Source: a virus
Lineage: Duplodnaviria; Caudoviricetes
Length of the DNA stretch: 54,533 bases
Virus record (IMG/VR): IMGVR_UViG_3300044648_000041
Span: 1 to 54,533 of that record
Direction: 5' to 3' (one strand)
Every line of letters begins with the position of its first letter. Positions within the stretch are counted from its first letter, which is position 1. Shown one piece after another: positions 17,774-27,388 of this stretch. Made by a program: the position numbers and the translations under genes. Under the pieces are notes generated by a model. The model was given only the letters and a program-made list of their open reading frames with translations, did no database searches and was not told the origin of the DNA.

Positions 17774-18604
17774 TTACTGAGCGGCGAAGTTGGAACCGTC
17801 GTGGTTGATTACGACTACGCCGGTGCCTTGCAGAAGTTCCGAACCCATGTGTGCGGTGCAACGCGCAAAGCTGTAGGCGTGTTCGCTGTTGTAATCCACT
17901 ACGTTATCAATACCCTTGGTGTCGATAGCGTGGCCGATTGCCGTTTTGTGGAACATGAAGCACTTCTCGGCGCTGGTACCGAAGCCGGGCAAGTTCGGAT
18001 GAACGACCCAGTTAATGTTCGACCAGCGGAAGGAATTCAGGGCGTTGGTGAACGGTTTGGTGTTCACGTAGTCGGCACTGGTGAATTCCTTAGTTTGCAT
18101 CAGGTACGCGAAGAACGCGGGTGTAATCAGTGCGTTGACGTTTCCATCGAGGGGCACTTGGTTGTTACCGAGAATCGTGTATGCGTACATGACGAGCGAG
18201 AGGCTAGCGGTTTGCGCGGCGCCGGTGTCCACGGTGCTGGTATTCAGTTCCGTGATGATGTCCGCATCCATCTTGCGGTTAATAACCGCCATGGTGGTTT
18301 CTTGCATGATGCGGCGTTGGTCGCCTTGTGAGGCAAAAATGTTGAAGTCGGTTTTACGTACCAGGTCATGCCATTCGACCAGGGTAGCGGATTTTTGCGT
18401 GAGGTTGTCCGAGCGAGCCGGGATTAAACCGTTCAAGCCGCGAGTAACCGCGGTCGCGCCGCCGCTGTCCGCTACCAGAAAGGTGGCGGTGTTGCCTTTA
18501 ATGACGGCTTCGGTCGTAACCATGTTACGGACCAAAGATTGACGTTGTTCGAAACCGGCGATGAACTCTTGCCGGTACTGTACCTGGAATGCTGATTCGG
18601 CCAT
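17774..18604 (-). CDS. Major capsid protein
   Basis: 276 aa following the scaffold; FEQRQSLVR..., AVINRKMDADII, FHKTAIGHA motifs of BPP-1-like capsids. Confidence 0.9.
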   Translation of the reverse strand: MAESAFQVQYRQEFIAGFEQRQSLVRNMVTTEAVIKGNTATFLVADSGGATAVTRGLNGLIPARSDNLTQKSATLVEWHDLVRKTDFNIFASQGDQRRIMQETTMAVINRKMDADIITELNTSTVDTGAAQTASLSLVMYAYTILGNNQVPLDGNVNALITPAFFAYLMQTKEFTSADYVNTKPFTNALNSFRWSNINWVVHPNLPGFGTSAEKCFMFHKTAIGHAIDTKGIDNVVDYNSEHAYSFARCTAHMGSELLQGTGVVVINHDGSNFAAQ

Positions 18605-18744
18605 GATGGACTCCTAGAATAAAAGTTAAGTTAGGTGCAACTCTGTTACCTTCCTTCCGGGGTGTCCGTCCTGCGGTCCTGCGGGTGTCCTTGTGAGGGT
18701 CGCTGTCTGCGCGTTCAGGGTCCATACTGGGGGTATTGCGAGAA

Positions 18745-18773
18745 AGGTTACAAGCGTAACTTGATAACATCAA
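18745..18773 (-). promoter_or_regulatory. Late-class promoter for the capsid gene
   Basis: TTGATG-N17-TAACCT, overlapping the palindrome ACTTGATAACATCAAGT. Confidence 0.6.
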
Positions 18774-18793
18774 GTGTTACTTGTAACCATGAC

Positions 18794-18819
18794 GAAACAA
18801 AACCGCCCTTGCGGGCGGT
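18794..18819 (-). terminator. Intrinsic terminator after the scaffold gene
   Basis: ACCGCCC-GCAA-GGGCGGT followed by TTTGTTTC. Confidence 0.7.
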
Positions 18820-18824
18820 CGTTT

Positions 18825-19757
18825 TTACTTGTTTAGTTTCAGCTTCACGTCGAGCAAGTCGCGGTACCGTGCCTGGTTCTTTTCCGACTTCCAGTATTCG
18901 TCGGGTTTGTCGCGCATCATTGTTTCGAACTTGTCGATTTCGCTTTCAAGTGCCTGTTGCGAATTGCTGCCGCTGCCCGGTACCACGGTGGCGAGCGGGT
19001 TGATATCGCGCGCCAGTGAAGACAACCACTTGAGCGTGGGTACATGGTTGCCTAGCGGCGTGCCGTCCGCTGCCCGGCTTGCTTCCAGGTTTTCACGTAC
19101 ACCCGCCGGTGCGGTTTCCAGCAATCCGCGTATCAGGTTCATATTCAGCTTCAGTTCCGAACCCCACTCTTCGGGCTTGCTCAGTGTTTCGCTGGCCTTC
19201 GTCAACGATTCCGCGTCCGCTTGCGCACGGGCGGCGATTTCTTTTTCCCGCAGTTCCAATTGCGTGGCCGCGATTGCGTTTGCTGCTTCCGGCGGCAAGT
19301 GGTGTGCGTGTGCAATCTTCAAGAACTCATCGACGTAGGGCTTGTCCGCATCGCCTAGAACAATGCCGTTTGGTAGTGCAATCTCGTAGCCTTCGGGCGA
19401 TTCCGGTATCCCGTTCGCTTCGCGGTAGGCGGCGAGTTCTTCCGGTGCAGCGTCCTTGCCCGGGCGGGTGGCGCGCGTCTTCGCTATCTTCTCTTGTGCG
19501 GATAGCCCCGCTTTGATTGCTTCTTCCATGGTGCCGTAGCGCGATAGCTGCTTCAACAGCTTGGCGTCTTCGCCCGCTATCTTCGTGCGAACGCTCGCCC
19601 AGTCTCCCGCGGGTGCTGTGGTTTCGGTCGTGGTGGTTTTCGTTTCCGTACCGGCCAGTACCGTACCGGGTGTTTCGGCGGTGGTTGCCTTCGTCGTGTC
19701 TACCGTCGTTTCTCCGGTTGTGGTGGTATCTTCTCCGGTTGTTGTCTCTTCTGCCAT
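18825..19757 (-). CDS. Capsid scaffolding protein
   Basis: Thr/Glu-rich N-terminus, GIPESPEGY, EWG, YW C-terminal motifs; between portal and capsid. Confidence 0.82.
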   Translation of the reverse strand: MAEETTTGEDTTTTGETTVDTTKATTAETPGTVLAGTETKTTTTETTAPAGDWASVRTKIAGEDAKLLKQLSRYGTMEEAIKAGLSAQEKIAKTRATRPGKDAAPEELAAYREANGIPESPEGYEIALPNGIVLGDADKPYVDEFLKIAHAHHLPPEAANAIAATQLELREKEIAARAQADAESLTKASETLSKPEEWGSELKLNMNLIRGLLETAPAGVRENLEASRAADGTPLGNHVPTLKWLSSLARDINPLATVVPGSGSNSQQALESEIDKFETMMRDKPDEYWKSEKNQARYRDLLDVKLKLNK

Positions 19758-19788
19758 GTGTCTTACTCCTTTACGTGGTTAAAAGCTG

Positions 19789-20067
19789 CTATTTCTTGTC
19801 CTTGAAAGCCGCGGTATTGATCTTCAGTAGTTTTAGTATCTGCAAACCCACGAACCGGCGACCGCTGGAAAATGCGTGGTCCCGTGGTTCGCTGCGGTAT
19901 TCCAGGTCGTAGGTACCGGCCACGTTGTAAATGATCCAATTTAACGCCCGTTGTTGCTGGTGCGCGTCCGCTTCGCCTTTAACGAGGGCTTGCAGTGCGG
20001 ACGCGTCGGCTAGTTCCCATTTGGCGGGTTCCCATACCTGTGGTATTTTCGGCGCCGTCTTGCTCAT
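19789..20067 (-). CDS. Bbp19-like phage protein
   Basis: AFSSGRRFVGLQI motif; follows the portal. Confidence 0.75.
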   Translation of the reverse strand: MSKTAPKIPQVWEPAKWELADASALQALVKGEADAHQQQRALNWIIYNVAGTYDLEYRSEPRDHAFSSGRRFVGLQILKLLKINTAAFKDKK

Positions 20068-21713
20068 GGTGCGGCTACCCCCATGCCCGGATTAGCGCCC
20101 GGGTTGACGTTGGCTTCGGATACTGTCTTCGCTACGTCTGCCCCGGCTTGCATTTGCGCGAGTAGTTGCGCGGTTTGCATTTCTTGCTGCTTCTGCGCGG
20201 CGAGTGCGTCCACCTGTGCTTCGGACCGAAGCCAGGACGACGGCACCCCGGTACCTTGCAACGTGTCCCGTAGGGCTTTCTTCGCGTCAAGCAGGAACGG
20301 TGCGGTTTGGTCAAGCGGTGCAATCTGCGAAACCATGCTGGTGGCTTCTAACAACCGTTGCCCCTTCTCGCGCTCGATTGCGTCATGCAGCGGTGATTCG
20401 AAACTGAACATATAGTCTTTGCCGTGGAGTTCTTCAGGTATCTGGTCCATTGGTCCGAACACCCCGACCCGCAACAACAGTTCGAATGTCTGTTCGCACA
20501 ACGGACCGTTGTATTCCGCTTCCATGGGTTCGAACAGGGGCATGGCTTGCCGGATGTACTCTTGCACGCGTTGCCCGACCTCGTACGCTGTCATGGCGGT
20601 ATCCGGTGCCGGTAGGTTGATCTTGTTCAGGTAGAACGCTTCGGCAATCATGTGCCGTACGTCCTGCGTCATTTCCAACCCTAGCGGGATCCCTGATTTG
20701 TCCTGTGTCAATGGGCGCAAGACTTCGCCCAGTCGTTCGTCGTATTCTGTGTCTACCCACGTCACGCCGCCAGGTAGAAAGTTCAGGTCCGAACGTAGCG
20801 CGCCCTGGACCGCAATCATGGGCGGGCTTACCGCCTTCTCCCCGGCTTCCAGTAAAACGCCCGTCATTGCCTGTATTAGCCTTGCGTCCGCAAGTGCGAT
20901 AACCGTAGCGGGTGAATACGCGTACTGGGAACCGCTTACCGTCTGCCAGCGTGGAATCGTGTACTGCATGTAATGCTGTCCGACCTCTTCCATCTTGTGC
21001 TTTTGTTCCACATCTAGGTAAATGGATATGAACGGCGTGCGGTATTGCTTGCCTTCGCTCGGGTACCCATCGGACGGAACGACGCAATGCCATACTTCAA
21101 CTTCGCGGAATGGTTCTTTTTCTGCCTTGTCTACCCAGGATTGGTGGACCTTGCCCGGAAACAAACGCATAAGGTCGGCAATCGTCGGCTTCCATTTGCG
21201 GTAAACCGTGCCTATCTTGCCGTCGGCGTCTTCCATCCATGCCACGTCGCGCAGGTGCCAGCACCGGTACAACAGGTTATTGCCCTGCGAGTTGAGGGAT
21301 AGCTGTATGCAGTTCTGGCCGAAGGCGGCGAAGTCGTGATCCCCTTCCTTGGTTGCCCTGGTGAACTGGGTGCCTGTGGCGTACATCGCGCGGCGTTGGC
21401 GGTTTTCTGCCATTTCAAGCCATGCCCGGGCGTCGGTGCCGAGTTCGTCCCATCCGTCTTTTGTCTTGATGTGAAACCAGTTCTTAGACGTTGGGCGTAG
21501 CATGGTCCCGAAGGAATTACCCAAGTCGCGCCGTGCCATTGCCGGGTAGCCGGTATTCAACCAGTTCCCGAACTCGGTACCCAGGTTGCGGAAAGTGGTG
21601 AAGTCCGCGCGCTCGGGGTAGAAGTTATCGGCTATGGTTTGCCACAATCCCAAAAGGGAACTACGCTTTTCGAACAGTTGTCCGCCTTGCTTTACAAGAT
21701 ATTCCGCGCCCAT
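20064..21713 (-). CDS. Portal / head-tail connector (T7 gp8/Bbp21 type)
   Basis: PRWQTVSGSQYAYSP, MTAYEV, FESPL motifs; 549 aa. Confidence 0.92.
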   Translation of the reverse strand: MGAEYLVKQGGQLFEKRSSLLGLWQTIADNFYPERADFTTFRNLGTEFGNWLNTGYPAMARRDLGNSFGTMLRPTSKNWFHIKTKDGWDELGTDARAWLEMAENRQRRAMYATGTQFTRATKEGDHDFAAFGQNCIQLSLNSQGNNLLYRCWHLRDVAWMEDADGKIGTVYRKWKPTIADLMRLFPGKVHQSWVDKAEKEPFREVEVWHCVVPSDGYPSEGKQYRTPFISIYLDVEQKHKMEEVGQHYMQYTIPRWQTVSGSQYAYSPATVIALADARLIQAMTGVLLEAGEKAVSPPMIAVQGALRSDLNFLPGGVTWVDTEYDERLGEVLRPLTQDKSGIPLGLEMTQDVRHMIAEAFYLNKINLPAPDTAMTAYEVGQRVQEYIRQAMPLFEPMEAEYNGPLCEQTFELLLRVGVFGPMDQIPEELHGKDYMFSFESPLHDAIEREKGQRLLEATSMVSQIAPLDQTAPFLLDAKKALRDTLQGTGVPSSWLRSEAQVDALAAQKQQEMQTAQLLAQMQAGADVAKTVSEANVNPGANPGMGVAAP

Positions 21714-21720
21714 AGTCCCT

Positions 21721-22170
21721 CTACCCTAGTTTGTCGTAACTGTCGGAAAGCATAGTGCTAGACCGTCCTTGCCGTTGCTGTTGCGCTAACATCGCCTTCT
21801 GTTTCGTTTTCATTATCTGGTCGTTGTCTGCGTCGGGCATTAATTGGGGCTTGTCCTGGAACGGCATTTTCATTTGTGGCGTCTTACTCAGCATGGTTGT
21901 GCCGATACCCGCCGCGGTCAAACCCAACGCCGCAAGTTCCCCCGCGGTGAGTCCCGCAAGAATGCCGCCGCTCGCTGCCGCCGCTGTTCCGGCACCCGCC
22001 GCCGCTGCTGCCCCGGCACCCGCGCCCCACAAGGTAGCCGCCCCCGCTGCCGCTGCCGCCGCTGTACCGCCCGCTGCCGCTGCGGTACCCGCTGCCGCTG
22101 TCCCCGCCGCTGCCGCGCCGCTAGCCATCATTGACCCCGCCGCCGCGATGAAAGGAGCAATGAAAGCCAT
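21721..22170 (-). CDS. Virion assembly protein (gp7.3-like) with Ala/Gly-rich extension
   Basis: Ends GRSSTMLSDSYDKLG; immediately upstream of the portal. Confidence 0.7.
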   Translation of the reverse strand: MAFIAPFIAAAGSMMASGAAAAGTAAAGTAAAAGGTAAAAAAGAATLWGAGAGAAAAAGAGTAAAASGGILAGLTAGELAALGLTAAGIGTTMLSKTPQMKMPFQDKPQLMPDADNDQIMKTKQKAMLAQQQRQGRSSTMLSDSYDKLG

Positions 22171-22172
22171 GG

Positions 22173-22352
22173 TTAACCCCCGCCCAGTTTTTCTTCGCCG
22201 CCCACTAGCATGGTGCTGGAACGCCCGCTACGTTCGGTTGCTGTAACGTTGGATTTCTTCTTCGCTTTACGCGTTGCTTCCGTATCTTCCGCGGGCATTA
22301 CAACGGGTGCTAGCAGCGTCGGTACTTTTGGTTTCGAAAACATTGCTGTCAT
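22173..22352 (-). CDS. Short paralog of 21721..22170 (59 aa)
   Basis: MTAMFSKPKVP...GRSSTMLVGGEEKLGGG; AGGAGG RBS; not in the ORF track. Confidence 0.75.
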   Translation of the reverse strand: MTAMFSKPKVPTLLAPVVMPAEDTEATRKAKKKSNVTATERSGRSSTMLVGGEEKLGGG

Positions 22353-22362
22353 GGCTTCCTCC

Positions 22363-23904
22363 TTATCTGTGTTTCTTCATAACCACGGCGGGGGTGAAGT
22401 TCCTACCCTTCCACAATCCGCCCTTGATATTCGCGCCTCGTACTCCGTCCCACCAGGCCATTACTACCGCGTCCCCTTTGTCGGTCGAACGTCCTAGCCG
22501 CTTCACTATCTCGTCCTTCGCTTCTATCCGGATCCCGTTCGAACCCACATCAAACAGCGGTGCGCACAGGTCGGCTACCAGTTCACTGTCCGGCGGTAGC
22601 GCAATCGTTGAACCTTGCGGCTGTGACGGGTCGAGGGCTTCGCGGAACCTCCAATACGCTTCTGAACGCACGTTAAAGAACGGTAGCTGTTTGTCCACTG
22701 TGCGGCGTAAAGACTTCTTCACGCCCATGTAACTTACTGTGTCCACGCCGTTTTCTTTCAAGTGTCCGTACGCGTCGCCGCCCCAACCGCCCCCGACATC
22801 AACGACTACCCTAGCGTCGTCCCTGCGGTGCGTTATAACCAGTCCCGCTACCACCTTCCCATCCGGTGTCTGTACCCCCGGTACCGCTATCGGTGGCGCG
22901 TACCATCCGTCGTGTCGTATCGCCAGTATCGTTTTGTCTTGCCCGCCCTGTGCCACGTCTACCCCGATACAGCACATCGGTACCCCGTTCGGCGGGTTGG
23001 GCGTCCATCGTTCTTGTGCCGCCTTCACCCAGGCCGAGGGCATAACCTGGAAGGCGTCATCAACTTTTGCTACCCCGAAGTCGCCATACAGCAATTGCGT
23101 ACGTAGTGGCTCGGGTAATGAATTCAGTTTGGCGCGGTACTCGGGTGTATCCCGGTACGGGTTGTCGCTCAGTTTCGCCGGTATGAACGTGAATGAGAGG
23201 GGGCGGTATTTCTCGCCGTCTATCTCTACTTCGTCCGGTCCTTCTACCCACTTGGGTTCGCCCGCCACCATTACCGCATACCGTAGTTCGCCTGGTGCCG
23301 CCGGGTTGTGGTGGACAGGGTCTATCCAGGGTCCGAACCATTGCGTTAACCAGTAGCCGTCACTTGACCGCGGCGGGTTGGACGCAAGTACGATTCGGCA
23401 CCGCTGCCCTTCCGGTCCCCGGTTCCACGCCATTAAGGACGCGACTTGTTCTTGCAGGAATTCGCCCGCTTCATCGAAGCCGATTAAATCCCGTTCGCGT
23501 CCCGCGTGCTTGATCCAGTCGCCAGGTTCTTTTATCCCGGCCAGCTTTAAAGAACGTCCGTTGGTCCATGTCCATTCTGGAAGCGGTGCTCCGCGGAAGT
23601 TTGCACTCTCGCCTATGATCTGCTTCCCGGCTTCCGCGAGTCCGTCAGTCTGTGACGACTCACGGCGAAATATGATGCTGCGGGTATGCTCCTGCGAGGA
23701 TAGCCCCATCAACAGAAACGACTTGCCGCCGCCCGCCGCGCCGCCGTACAACAGCACATCAGCCTTACTTAAGTACGCTTCCGTCTGCGGTCCCGGTAAC
23801 GGTACGAAACGCATACTTGCCGTCTGCTTCGCCAGCATCGTATTTAAGTCCGCTCGTTGCTTCGCGGGCATTTTAGTAAGAGTGTCTAGTATCTCGTTTA
23901 GCAT
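22363..23904 (-). CDS. terL: Terminase large subunit
   Basis: Walker A YGGAAGGGKS, Walker B IGFDEA, ASNPP, nuclease IGVDVAQGGQD, STDKGDA. Confidence 0.95.
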   Translation of the reverse strand: MLNEILDTLTKMPAKQRADLNTMLAKQTASMRFVPLPGPQTEAYLSKADVLLYGGAAGGGKSFLLMGLSSQEHTRSIIFRRESSQTDGLAEAGKQIIGESANFRGAPLPEWTWTNGRSLKLAGIKEPGDWIKHAGRERDLIGFDEAGEFLQEQVASLMAWNRGPEGQRCRIVLASNPPRSSDGYWLTQWFGPWIDPVHHNPAAPGELRYAVMVAGEPKWVEGPDEVEIDGEKYRPLSFTFIPAKLSDNPYRDTPEYRAKLNSLPEPLRTQLLYGDFGVAKVDDAFQVMPSAWVKAAQERWTPNPPNGVPMCCIGVDVAQGGQDKTILAIRHDGWYAPPIAVPGVQTPDGKVVAGLVITHRRDDARVVVDVGGGWGGDAYGHLKENGVDTVSYMGVKKSLRRTVDKQLPFFNVRSEAYWRFREALDPSQPQGSTIALPPDSELVADLCAPLFDVGSNGIRIEAKDEIVKRLGRSTDKGDAVVMAWWDGVRGANIKGGLWKGRNFTPAVVMKKHR

Positions 23905-23910
23905 CGCCGG

Positions 23911-23939
23911 ATAGTAGGCTGTAACTTGTATAACATCAA
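23911..23939 (-). promoter_or_regulatory. Late-class promoter, probably giving a leaderless terL mRNA
   Basis: TTGATG-N17-TACTAT, then 6 nt to the ATG; no SD. Confidence 0.6.
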
Positions 23940-23959
23940 GTAATGCTTGTTATTACAAG

Positions 23960-26569
23960 TCACTGCCCTACCCCCATAAGTGCCAACAGTTTAAGAACCC
24001 CGGCCACGAACGCGATGTACGCCGTAGCCAACGCGCCCGCCGGTGTGATGCTGCCCGCGAGCGACTTCAACACCTGGTAGCTTTCAACCAACGAACCCGC
24101 AACCGTGACGCTACCGGCCATGGCTATTTTGGTCAGCTTGGTCAACGCACCGGCTACGGTAACGTTCCCGTCCAGAGTGCGGAATGTCTTTTTGGTAATG
24201 ACGCCCGCGAGCGTCGTGCTACCGGCTAATGCCTTAAGTGTTAGCTTCGACAATGCCCCGGCGGGCGTCAGGGAACCAGCCAGGGACGCCGTAAACAGAA
24301 TCATGGTAGACAAGGCACCGGACACGGTGACGGACCCCGCAAAAGCCTTTGTCGTCAGTTTTGACAACAAGCCCGCCGGGGTAAGGGAACTTGTCAATGA
24401 TCTGTTCGTCAGCTTTACAATGTTTCCGCTGTAGGATATTGAACCGGCGGTATTCTTGTTCGTTTGCCTTGTCAACGCCCCGGCGCCGGTAACGGACCCG
24501 GCTAGCGATTGGCTGTATGTAGTTCCGGCTTCGCTTACCGATAAATCCCTGAACTTGGCGGCAAGCCCCGCGCGACCGAGGGTAATGTAACCGCCGCGTG
24601 AAGATGCTGAGTTAGTCCAGGTTGCTGGCGTAATATCTGCGCCGCCGCTGTCGATCTGTGCTGCTTTTATCGCAGTGCTGGTGACAGTAATGCGGAATAT
24701 CTTCTCTTCCCCGTCTGCTATCGTGCTTCCGGTCGTGCTTGCCCTAAGCACAGGCGATGTAAGCCATGCCTTTTCATAAACAGCAACAGTGCCGTTCTTA
24801 TGGAACCTGAATACGTGCCCGATAAGCCCGGACGCGGTATTTGCAAAACCATTATCAGCGGTACCTGTAACCACATCAGCGTAATAACTATCGTCCGATG
24901 CGTTCGCGGAATCGAACGTAATTTTCAAGTCCAATATGAAATTGGACGGAGTAGCTACGGGGCTTAAGAACCCCATCAGACAACTACGGTATGTGGTCGT
25001 GTTCGACGAGTAGCCCCAATAATCAGGTGAGAAAAACTCGCCGCGACTCGCCGCTGTCATCGCGTCATCTGACGCGTACATACCGTAGTCCCAATTTTGG
25101 GATACGAAGTTATCCGTTGTCGCTATGGCGGTTGCGCTTCCGAGATACTTTGAATCGTCGGAAAAGAAGCCCGTAATAGTCGGATTGGCCGCTACTGCCG
25201 TGTCCCTCACGTTGCGCCGATTGATTGTGAAAGGAACGACCTTGATACCCGCCGCGAGGTAATCCCCGATTAATGAAGTTGACATTGAAGTGGGTACCCC
25301 TACCCAACTCACTCCGTAACCTTGCACCGTAGCTACCGGCGTTGTACTTCCGCAAAGGAACATAGGGATGTAGCCCGCGGTAATTACCTGCGCCATGTGC
25401 GACGAGGTAAAAGACGATACCATCCCTTGATTGGGTGCTATCCCGGCGGAAACCATAGCCGCCAGCAAAACGTCCATCGGTCCGCTTGTCGTCGGCTTGC
25501 ACTCTATCGAAAACAGAGCGTCGGTTGCGTGGTTCGCCAGTACGTCGGCTAGAAGCGGCGGTGCCTCTGTATCCGGGTAGGAACCCCCCAGGTATGTGGA
25601 TGGGTTAAGCGTTAGGGCGTTCCACTGGGCTTCGGATTTATTCGAGATTAGACCGGTCCCGCTGGTGGTGCGGTCCACGTCTGCATCGTGCATGACTGCC
25701 AGGGTCGCGCCGCCCGAGAGTGGCCACACGTCGAAATCAAGAATGATTTCCCCGGAAGCTACGCTGGCGTCGAAACCGGTATGCGATTCTTCCGGATATA
25801 GCTGCTTGTTCCCCGCGTGTGCAAAATACATCGGGGTAGGTATCGCGGTAAAGTCGGGTGGAACGAAAGCCGTTCCGGACGCCGCACCGGACGGGGTTAT
25901 GGACCCGCCGAAAGATTTACTGATTAGTCTAGCTAGCGCGCCCGACGGGGTAAGGGAACCCGATACATTTTGGTAGTAGGTGGTGGGCGTGCCGCCAACA
26001 TCGTCCGCGCTAAAATTGTCGATGTGGTAGTTGGTCGTGTTATTTGAGGTCGAGCCGAGGTTAGCAAAGCGAACCCCCGACTTTCCTGCTGCCGTAACTG
26101 CGGAATCTGTGACGCTGATACGCTGTACGCCGTCTAAATAGACCTTGATCGCTGTGCCGATCATTTCCAGTTTGACGTGGTAGGTCGTTCCCGCGACTAT
26201 CGTGAAAGCGTACGTATTTAAAAGGGTGAACGCGCCCCCGACTTGTTTGTAAAGCCGCAGGCCACTCGCGCCGTACAGCGTTGCGAAATACCCGCTGCCG
26301 ACCGTGGTGGACGCTCTGCCGATGAGAGAGGCGCTAACATTGCCTGGAGAGGACGCTACGTATATGTCTGCTTCTACCGAATAGTCGGCGCTAGCGGGAC
26401 TCCCTGAATGGTAGTATTCGTTGGCGTTAACTGGGCCTCTTACCCGGTTAGCATTCGTGAGTACGCAATTTTCCGCGCCGGAACGTGTACGGTTGATCCA
26501 GTTGGCGTCATGCGTGGTAAGCTCGGTACCGTCCGTCCCGGTAAATGTTCCGCTTGCGAATTGCGCCAT
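23960..26569 (-). CDS. Fibre-like protein: lectin-like domain, glycerophosphodiester phosphodiesterase (GDPD) domain, repeat stalk
   Basis: AHAG..YPEES, DFDV, VMHDADVDRTT, SIECK, PFTIN, GFFSDD (GDPD); ~18-aa repeats LAGSxTxAGAL. Confidence 0.8.
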   Translation of the reverse strand: MAQFASGTFTGTDGTELTTHDANWINRTRSGAENCVLTNANRVRGPVNANEYYHSGSPASADYSVEADIYVASSPGNVSASLIGRASTTVGSGYFATLYGASGLRLYKQVGGAFTLLNTYAFTIVAGTTYHVKLEMIGTAIKVYLDGVQRISVTDSAVTAAGKSGVRFANLGSTSNNTTNYHIDNFSADDVGGTPTTYYQNVSGSLTPSGALARLISKSFGGSITPSGAASGTAFVPPDFTAIPTPMYFAHAGNKQLYPEESHTGFDASVASGEIILDFDVWPLSGGATLAVMHDADVDRTTSGTGLISNKSEAQWNALTLNPSTYLGGSYPDTEAPPLLADVLANHATDALFSIECKPTTSGPMDVLLAAMVSAGIAPNQGMVSSFTSSHMAQVITAGYIPMFLCGSTTPVATVQGYGVSWVGVPTSMSTSLIGDYLAAGIKVVPFTINRRNVRDTAVAANPTITGFFSDDSKYLGSATAIATTDNFVSQNWDYGMYASDDAMTAASRGEFFSPDYWGYSSNTTTYRSCLMGFLSPVATPSNFILDLKITFDSANASDDSYYADVVTGTADNGFANTASGLIGHVFRFHKNGTVAVYEKAWLTSPVLRASTTGSTIADGEEKIFRITVTSTAIKAAQIDSGGADITPATWTNSASSRGGYITLGRAGLAAKFRDLSVSEAGTTYSQSLAGSVTGAGALTRQTNKNTAGSISYSGNIVKLTNRSLTSSLTPAGLLSKLTTKAFAGSVTVSGALSTMILFTASLAGSLTPAGALSKLTLKALAGSTTLAGVITKKTFRTLDGNVTVAGALTKLTKIAMAGSVTVAGSLVESYQVLKSLAGSITPAGALATAYIAFVAGVLKLLALMGVGQ

Positions 26570-26607
26570 GGTTTACCGCCTTTTAAGAGTTGCCGAACTT
26601 GCTACGG

Positions 26608-27132
26608 TCAACCCCCAGAAGGCAGTGTCAGGACATACGTAAACTGGATACTGTCGCCCGATACGACGTTGATAGCACTGAACACTGAACGGTCGATAAG
26701 GGTCGTGCTGCTTGACGCGGTAAAAATCCCGTGTTCGGTAATCGCCAGGGTACCGGAATATGTTTGTGTGCCTACGCTTGTATAGGTGTTGGTGCTTGCT
26801 ACCTGCGTTCCGGTAGCCCGTGCCACGCCGCTGTCCGTTACCAGTGCGGTATCGCTCGCGTTCTCGGCTGTGGTGCCTGTGCCGGACGCATGGTACTTAA
26901 CGTCACCTGTTGATGTACCCGCCAGTAGTGTAGCAAGCCAGGCCACACCCGCGGTAGTCACCAGCTTGGTGGATATGAGTCCGATATCGTGCCGGTTGCC
27001 GTCGTTGTCGATCTTGACTGCATACAGGCGACCGACCGGGGTAATGTCACCGAACCACAAGCGAACAGGCAATTGACCGGCAATCCGGAAACGTAGACAT
27101 ATTTCCATCCATAGTTCTTTCAATTTCTTCAT
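26608..27132 (-). CDS. Tail-collar / fibre anchor-like structural protein
   Basis: VTTAG..GTGTTA..DTAL..AITEHGIF..GDSIQFTY motif pattern. Confidence 0.7.
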   Translation of the reverse strand: MKKLKELWMEICLRFRIAGQLPVRLWFGDITPVGRLYAVKIDNDGNRHDIGLISTKLVTTAGVAWLATLLAGTSTGDVKYHASGTGTTAENASDTALVTDSGVARATGTQVASTNTYTSVGTQTYSGTLAITEHGIFTASSSTTLIDRSVFSAINVVSGDSIQFTYVLTLPSGG

Positions 27133-27275
27133 TGTGCGGTTCTCCCTCTAGGTGCCTTGCCGGTTAAAATGTCGTTGTGCAGTTTGTTGGCCTTGTGCTT
27201 GGCTATCAGCTTGCGGATAGCGACACGGTGTTTGCTGTCCTTGTGGTTCAGCTTCTTAAGAAGCCGGATAATCAT
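27129..27275 (-). CDS. Small basic hypothetical protein (48 aa)
   Basis: ATGA-coupled at both ends; MIIRLLKKLNHK... Confidence 0.5.
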   Translation of the reverse strand: MIIRLLKKLNHKDSKHRVAIRKLIAKHKANKLHNDILTGKAPRGRTAQ

Positions 27276-27388
27276 TTCTTATGTCCGTCGCATCGATGGC
27301 ACCCGATGTAATCATTTCGCCAGTCGTAGTACCACGTGCTAGCGTCATGGAACAGAAAACACCATAACTCTCTGAATACGTTTTTCAA
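27272..27388 (-). CDS. Small Cys/His peptide (38 aa)
   Basis: TTG start overlapping the upstream TGA; WCFLFH..CHRC. Confidence 0.4.
   Translation of the reverse strand: MKNVFRELWCFLFHDASTWYYDWRNDYIGCHRCDGHKK

Noticed and set aside
21755-22246. Ala/Pro-rich plus-strand protein
   Set aside because: Antisense reading of the GCN repeat in the minus-strand gene
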